Source of the DNA: a virus
Taxonomy: Duplodnaviria > Heunggongvirae > Uroviricota > Caudoviricetes
IMG/VR virus record: IMGVR_UViG_3300042549_004104
Coordinates: 96,001 to 160,000 of that record
Length of the DNA stretch: 64,000 bases
Reading direction: 5' to 3' (one strand)
Positions 59,174 to 64,000 of this stretch are shown in pieces (position 1 is the first letter of the stretch; every line of letters begins with the position of its first letter). The position numbers and the translations under genes are program-made. The notes beneath the pieces are model-generated. The model saw only the letters and a program-made list of their open reading frames with translations, was not told where the DNA came from and searched no databases.

Positions 59174-60367
59174 CTAATTAAACCATGTTATAACACTGTA
59201 TCTCACGCCCTTAGTTATTGGTAAAATTTGGTGAGGGTACATAAAATTAGACGGGAATAATAAAGCTGACCCGCGTTTTGGTTTCTTTTTTATCCTACTA
59301 TTGAAAAAAGCCCATTCTCCACCCTCGTAGTCATCATTTAATGCAAAACTACAAGAAACAGTCCTAGGTAACTCAGTGAAATTATCACAGTGTTCTTTAT
59401 AAAATTGCCCGGCAAAATATCGTAATAATTGATAACCCGAATCATTTTTTATCGCTGAATGTGGGAAAAGATTATTATAGTTTTGAATTGCGACTTTAGC
59501 ACACTCATATAACTCTTTATCTAAATATTCTCTGATTTCTTTATTTTGTGTCAAAACTATAGGTGACGATAACGCTACCTCATCTACATTTCTAATATTT
59601 CTATCAACGCCACCGGCTGTACCTGCATATTCCCAATTATTACAATTTTCATATTCCCTAAAAATTGCATCAATTAACCATTCCGGAACTACATTTTCAA
59701 CTTCAATAATATAATCTTCTATGTTAACAGGATATGTATTATTTTTAACTTCATCACTTATTTTTTTAATTTCTTCTTTTTCAGAAATAACTGTGGGTGA
59801 AATTAAATTAATTGGGGTATCTGTTGGTTTTATTCTTTCTTTATCAAAGTAAGCAAAGTTATTCTTGCCCCTACTTCTTACATAATGTAAAAATATTTGT
59901 ACATGTTCATTGCCTTCATAACGTTCACGCCAATGTTGTCCTACAGTTCCAAGATAAAGCATTGCATCACCTGATTTTAAGTTCAAGCTAATACTTTCAC
60001 CATTTGGTTTTTTTATAAATATAGGCCATTTAGCATCACCATTTAATTGAACAGTGAGGCTAATTTCACATGCTTCTCTATCAGTGTGTGGTTCTAATAC
60101 TGCACCTTTTTGATAAACTCTAGCATAACTATATGTAGGTAAAACTCTTTCTCCTAAAAATTTACTTACTTGTGGAGTTTTCTCACATAGTAATTCTAAA
60201 AATGCGATGTAATCATAACAAGCAGGACTTCCTTCTACCTGCGTATCAGATTTCAAATTGTTCGTTCGAGCAAATTGTTTAAATTCTTCTGATAATAAAA
60301 TAGCATCTCCACTGTCTATAAACTGGGGAATATACAAATAATTATTTTCTTCTAAAAATGTATTCAT
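59174..60367 (-). CDS. Tandem two-domain 2OG-Fe(II) oxygenase
   Basis: Domain 1 HTD...HWR; domain 2 HCD...HQI...RYS (prolyl-hydroxylase-like). Confidence 0.85.
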   Translation of the reverse strand: MNTFLEENNYLYIPQFIDSGDAILLSEEFKQFARTNNLKSDTQVEGSPACYDYIAFLELLCEKTPQVSKFLGERVLPTYSYARVYQKGAVLEPHTDREACEISLTVQLNGDAKWPIFIKKPNGESISLNLKSGDAMLYLGTVGQHWRERYEGNEHVQIFLHYVRSRGKNNFAYFDKERIKPTDTPINLISPTVISEKEEIKKISDEVKNNTYPVNIEDYIIEVENVVPEWLIDAIFREYENCNNWEYAGTAGGVDRNIRNVDEVALSSPIVLTQNKEIREYLDKELYECAKVAIQNYNNLFPHSAIKNDSGYQLLRYFAGQFYKEHCDNFTELPRTVSCSFALNDDYEGGEWAFFNSRIKKKPKRGSALLFPSNFMYPHQILPITKGVRYSVITWFN

Positions 60368-60633
60368 ACAGATCCTGGATCCTCAACAACTTCTCTTGGT
60401 ATCGACTGATGCAATTCGTAACAACGTAAAGCCCATGCAGGTAATTCGTTGATTATCTGGTTATGACTATTATCTCTAAATTCTATTTCCCCAGTACCAT
60501 CTTTCCATTGTAATGCCCAAACCTCAGGTGGAATACCAAAATCACTAAGGTCTAAATTTATAAAATAAAAATCATCAGTATATACGGCACCATCATCAAT
60601 GATGATTGCCAATCTATTGGTTGTAAGTTCCAT
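60364..60633 (-). CDS. Hypothetical fibre-associated protein
   Basis: VWALQW..G.GEIEF; ATGA-coupled to the oxygenase gene. Confidence 0.6.
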   Translation of the reverse strand: MELTTNRLAIIIDDGAVYTDDFYFINLDLSDFGIPPEVWALQWKDGTGEIEFRDNSHNQIINELPAWALRCYELHQSIPREVVEDPGSV

Positions 60634-60637
60634 ATTA

Positions 60638-60928
60638 TTATTCCTTTTGAATACGTGCTAAATTTGCCGCTTGTAAAAATATGTTTTGAGTAGCCTCATT
60701 TGATTTAACCATTTCATTGCGAAAACTTTCAACTGCCGCACCAGTTTGCCTACTCATCCCGCTATTTTCTATAAGTAACATTGGTAAAAATGCTATTGAA
60801 CAGTTCCATTCGTCTACTCTATTTCCAGTATTTATATCATACCCTTCGACTTTACAGAACCATGCACATTTTAATCCAACACATTCATCTTTAATTAAAG
60901 GGCAAAAATTACCCGGTTTTAATTGCAT
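60638..60928 (-). CDS. Cys-rich hypothetical protein
   Basis: FCPL...C...CAWF...WNC...TGAAVESFRNEMV; AGGAG RBS. Confidence 0.65.
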   Translation of the reverse strand: MQLKPGNFCPLIKDECVGLKCAWFCKVEGYDINTGNRVDEWNCSIAFLPMLLIENSGMSRQTGAAVESFRNEMVKSNEATQNIFLQAANLARIQKE

Positions 60929-60978
60929 TGTGTATCTCCTACATGTAATACTGATATTTAACTGTTTTAATATACCAG

Positions 60979-61461
60979 TTAATCTTTTACAACTAAAATT
61001 ATGTCTACATATTTTACAGACAAATCTACTGATCCGTTTACACTTGCGGATACAGTGCTAAATGGGTGACTATGCCCGCTAGTACTAGCAGGTATAGCTC
61101 CACCTGGAGCTGACCCCGTTGGAGTTGTAAAAGAACTAGGGGTAGTACCTAGATTGTAAGGACTTACTGTTGCTGTACTAAAATTTGTTGATCCTGACCC
61201 TTGGCTGATGCTATGTGTATGAGATGGCAATGTTGGTGCAGCCAAAGTGGTTGGTCCTGTCGATAAGGGAGCGAAGGGTGCTGACGATGAAAAACTTCTT
61301 GATGTGAACACAGTAGAAAAATTAGTACTACCACCACTAGTCGCTGATCCAGTGGTAACACGTAATGCATAATCATTATACGTAGTATCTTTTGTCCAAC
61401 CGGTTGTTGCGGTTGTACCAACAAAGAATGTTTTTGTGCCTGAAGGAAACGCTGTTGCCAT
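60979..61461 (-). CDS. Tail-collar/fibre-tip-like protein, paralog 3
   Basis: FPSGT...GWTK...ALRV..G...HTH...HSH...VKYVDII. Confidence 0.7.
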   Translation of the reverse strand: MATAFPSGTKTFFVGTTATTGWTKDTTYNDYALRVTTGSATSGGSTNFSTVFTSRSFSSSAPFAPLSTGPTTLAAPTLPSHTHSISQGSGSTNFSTATVSPYNLGTTPSSFTTPTGSAPGGAIPASTSGHSHPFSTVSASVNGSVDLSVKYVDIILVVKD

Positions 61462-61462
61462 A

Positions 61463-61933
61463 TTAATTCCTCGTTGCTATTATAATGTCTAGATATCGCA
61501 CTGCTAAATTCAATGAATTTGAAGGGCTCCATGTGAAGCCTATATCACCGACTGGATGTGTATGAGCACCACTTGAACCTGTACTACTACTATTTGATGG
61601 AACATTCCAGCCTGGTCCACCGGTAACTGAGATTGGTTGACCACTTGTACCATATCTACCTGGACGGTTTGCTGTCAATCTAGGATATGTGTGGGTATGT
61701 TGTGGAATATGTTGATATGTTAAAGTGAAAGGTCCTATTGATCCAGAAACAGTACCAGTGGCGCTGACTGGTATGTTTGTAAACACATTACTAAAATTCG
61801 CACTTCCGCCACTGCTTGCTGAGCCAGAAACTACCCTTAATGCATGTTCATTAAAAGAAGTATTTTTTGTCCATCCAATCGGTGGAGTTGTCATACGAAA
61901 TAATGTTGATGTTCCTGAAACTATATCTGGCAT
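61463..61933 (-). CDS. Tail-collar/fibre-tip-like protein, paralog 2
   Basis: PPIGWTK, ALRVVSG, PQHTH, AHTH, VRYLDII. Confidence 0.7.
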   Translation of the reverse strand: MPDIVSGTSTLFRMTTPPIGWTKNTSFNEHALRVVSGSASSGGSANFSNVFTNIPVSATGTVSGSIGPFTLTYQHIPQHTHTYPRLTANRPGRYGTSGQPISVTGGPGWNVPSNSSSTGSSGAHTHPVGDIGFTWSPSNSLNLAVRYLDIIIATRN

Positions 61934-61943
61934 TTCTTAATCC

Positions 61944-62480
61944 TTAACTCTTAGTTGCTAACATTGTATCTACGTACCTCACACTCATGGTAAAAGGAGC
62001 GTTAGCACTAGCAGTAGTTCCCGGAGATATTGAATGTACATGTGAACCACCTGACCAAGTTGTACCCGATGTTATAGAAGCCCCTGATGAGAATGTACCG
62101 TATGGTACAGCGGGAACAGTAGGAGATGGTGAAGGTGATCTTGATACTGCTCCGTTTACAGTTAAAGGACCATGCAAATGGGTTGGTAATGTTGTTGAAC
62201 TAATCGTTGTGCCACCTACTGCTGTTCCAGATAATGTTGCAGTGCCATTTAAAGTTGTATCTGTATTCATTGTGCCAAATGCTACAGAACCACCAGTACT
62301 TATTGTACCTGTTGTCACTCTTAATGTATAATCATCATATGTAGTTTCTTTTACCCATCCTGTTGGAGCCGCTGTTTGTGCAAACACCATGGTTGCACCT
62401 TGGTATTCATCACCGGAAGCTCTAGTGATACTTATAGATTGATAACCTGCAAATCCTGATAAAGACGCTAATATTCCCAT
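61944..62480 (-). CDS. Tail-collar/fibre-tip-like protein, paralog 1
   Basis: QTAAPTGWVK, TLRV, PTHLH, SHVH, VRYVD. Confidence 0.7.
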   Translation of the reverse strand: MGILASLSGFAGYQSISITRASGDEYQGATMVFAQTAAPTGWVKETTYDDYTLRVTTGTISTGGSVAFGTMNTDTTLNGTATLSGTAVGGTTISSTTLPTHLHGPLTVNGAVSRSPSPSPTVPAVPYGTFSSGASITSGTTWSGGSHVHSISPGTTASANAPFTMSVRYVDTMLATKS

Positions 62481-62483
62481 GTA

Positions 62484-64000
62484 TTATCCGTAGTATGATG
62501 ATTGTCCTAATACTGCCCATGACCCAGAATTATTTAGCAACGCAAAACTGAATACTTCATTTTTTGATGCAGTTCCTGTAGGCGTAGCACCACTAACCCA
62601 CAATATTGTTTGTAACGAATTGTTAATATATACATTTGATGGAATATATGCCGTAACACCTTGAGAAATTACTGCTGTTGTAACAATGCTTATATTACTA
62701 GTAGTTGGCACATTACTTATTACTATATTTATATTTCCAGATAAGCCTGACAACATAACAGTACTTCCTTGGCTATAGTCAATTGAATAATTTCCGGAAC
62801 CTGTGCTAGAATCTACTTTTATTTTTTCAGTAACTTGTTGAATTGTTAATGTATTGTTTGCAGATATAGCACCACCGGTTATATTACCTGTTACAGTAAG
62901 ATTAGCAGGAGTGTTAACATTACCCGATCCATTTGGAGTTAACACAATATTTGCACTACCAGCAGTTGTTTGTATATCTAATTGTCCTGAATCAGTAATT
63001 GCACCAGTTAATGATAGGTTGCCAGCAGAAATATTTCCTGTATATGTCGGAAGATAATCAGATACATTAGTATTTGAATAACTGCCTCCACCTGAAATAC
63101 CAGTTAAATAATATCCATTACCAACAAAATATGTTGCTGTGATGTTACCACTACCACTAGTTCCTGCGACAATATTACCATAGACACCCACGTCACCGGA
63201 CTGACTTGCATATCCAGTAACTAACGTAACTGTACCTGCACTGTCTTGTATATTTGAGGCTTTGATACCAGTTCCAGTAGCAGTAATCAATCCTGTTACT
63301 GATAAACCACTCAATGTCCCAACTGAAGTAATATTGGGTTGAGCAGTTGTATACACCGTACCAGCAATTAATGCATTTGATACTTGACCTGTTACATTAG
63401 CACCGTTGATATCTGTTAGTTCGGATCCGCTACCACTTAGATTGCCTGTTATAGAAATGCCATTGCCATCTGCACTTAGACTTTGTGTTCCTAAAAATAT
63501 AGTATTTCCAGATAGATATAAATCATTAAAACGATGGGTGTTGTTACCTAAACTGTAGGTTAAATTAGCAGTAGGGGTAATATTACCTGATACAACTAAC
63601 CCTGTCAAGATCCCTACGCTAGTTATGTTTGGTTGTGCATTTGTCGTTACAGTATCGGCTGTAGTAGCACTATTTGCATTGGTTGCATTTGGTACATAAC
63701 CAGTAACGTTACTACCGGTAATATTTGTTAAAGTTGAACCATTGCCAATAAAATAGTTACCGGCTACATTGCCTGTATACGTTGGAAGATATGCGGCTAC
63801 GTTTGTGTTTGAATAACTAGTACCTCCGGTAATACCAGTTAAGTAATAGCCATTTCCTACAAAATATGTAGCTACAACGTTTCCACTACCATTAGTACCA
63901 GCAGTAATATTTCCATAAACACCTATATCACCGACTTGATTTCCATATCTAGTAACCAATGTAACTGTGCCAGAAGTGTCCTGTATATTTGCGGCTTTAA
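62484..64000 (-). CDS. Tail fibre protein, C-terminal part (start lies beyond the window)
   Basis: The frame stays open to the edge (KAANIQDTSGTVTLVTRYG, matching an internal repeat); shares repeats and the C-terminal domain with 57407..59074. Confidence 0.75.
   Translation of the reverse strand, partial: KAANIQDTSGTVTLVTRYGNQVGDIGVYGNITAGTNGSGNVVATYFVGNGYYLTGITGGTSYSNTNVAAYLPTYTGNVAGNYFIGNGSTLTNITGSNVTGYVPNATNANSATTADTVTTNAQPNITSVGILTGLVVSGNITPTANLTYSLGNNTHRFNDLYLSGNTIFLGTQSLSADGNGISITGNLSGSGSELTDINGANVTGQVSNALIAGTVYTTAQPNITSVGTLSGLSVTGLITATGTGIKASNIQDSAGTVTLVTGYASQSGDVGVYGNIVAGTSGSGNITATYFVGNGYYLTGISGGGSYSNTNVSDYLPTYTGNISAGNLSLTGAITDSGQLDIQTTAGSANIVLTPNGSGNVNTPANLTVTGNITGGAISANNTLTIQQVTEKIKVDSSTGSGNYSIDYSQGSTVMLSGLSGNINIVISNVPTTSNISIVTTAVISQGVTAYIPSNVYINNSLQTILWVSGATPTGTASKNEVFSFALLNNSGSWAVLGQSSYYG

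Noticed and set aside
1-64000. Stop-codon reassignment
   Set aside because: Coding density is high and genes are intact under the standard code.

Overview
AT-rich window from a large T4-like (myovirus/jumbo) bacteriophage genome read in the standard genetic code. It holds a partial tape-measure gene, baseplate hub genes, a Holliday-junction resolvase, SbcCD (gp46/gp47) and a gp55-type late sigma factor. A baseplate/tail block follows, including a 5442-aa structural protein. Next comes a glycosyltransferase/radical-SAM/carbamoyltransferase cluster and an accessory island: thioredoxin, GNAT, tmRNA, NodZ-like transferase, rubrerythrin, rubredoxin, a solo pqqA, and pstS with a Pho box plus a porin. 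The window ends in a minus-strand tail-fibre/2OG-oxygenase block. The tmRNA tag and PqqA sequence suggest a proteobacterial, probably betaproteobacterial, host (inference). Three observations stand out. (1) A circularly permuted two-piece tmRNA whose excised intervening segment carries its own Shine-Dalgarno and a 32-codon Trp-rich ORF. (2) An unannotated ~360-nt highly structured minus-strand RNA downstream of the resolvase, followed by hairpins with ssDNA-type loops (possible RNA-primed origin). (3) A 19-bp copy of the tmRNA 5' end bracketing a two-gene insertion. All calls come from reading the sequence by eye; no searches were run, so novelty is unverified.
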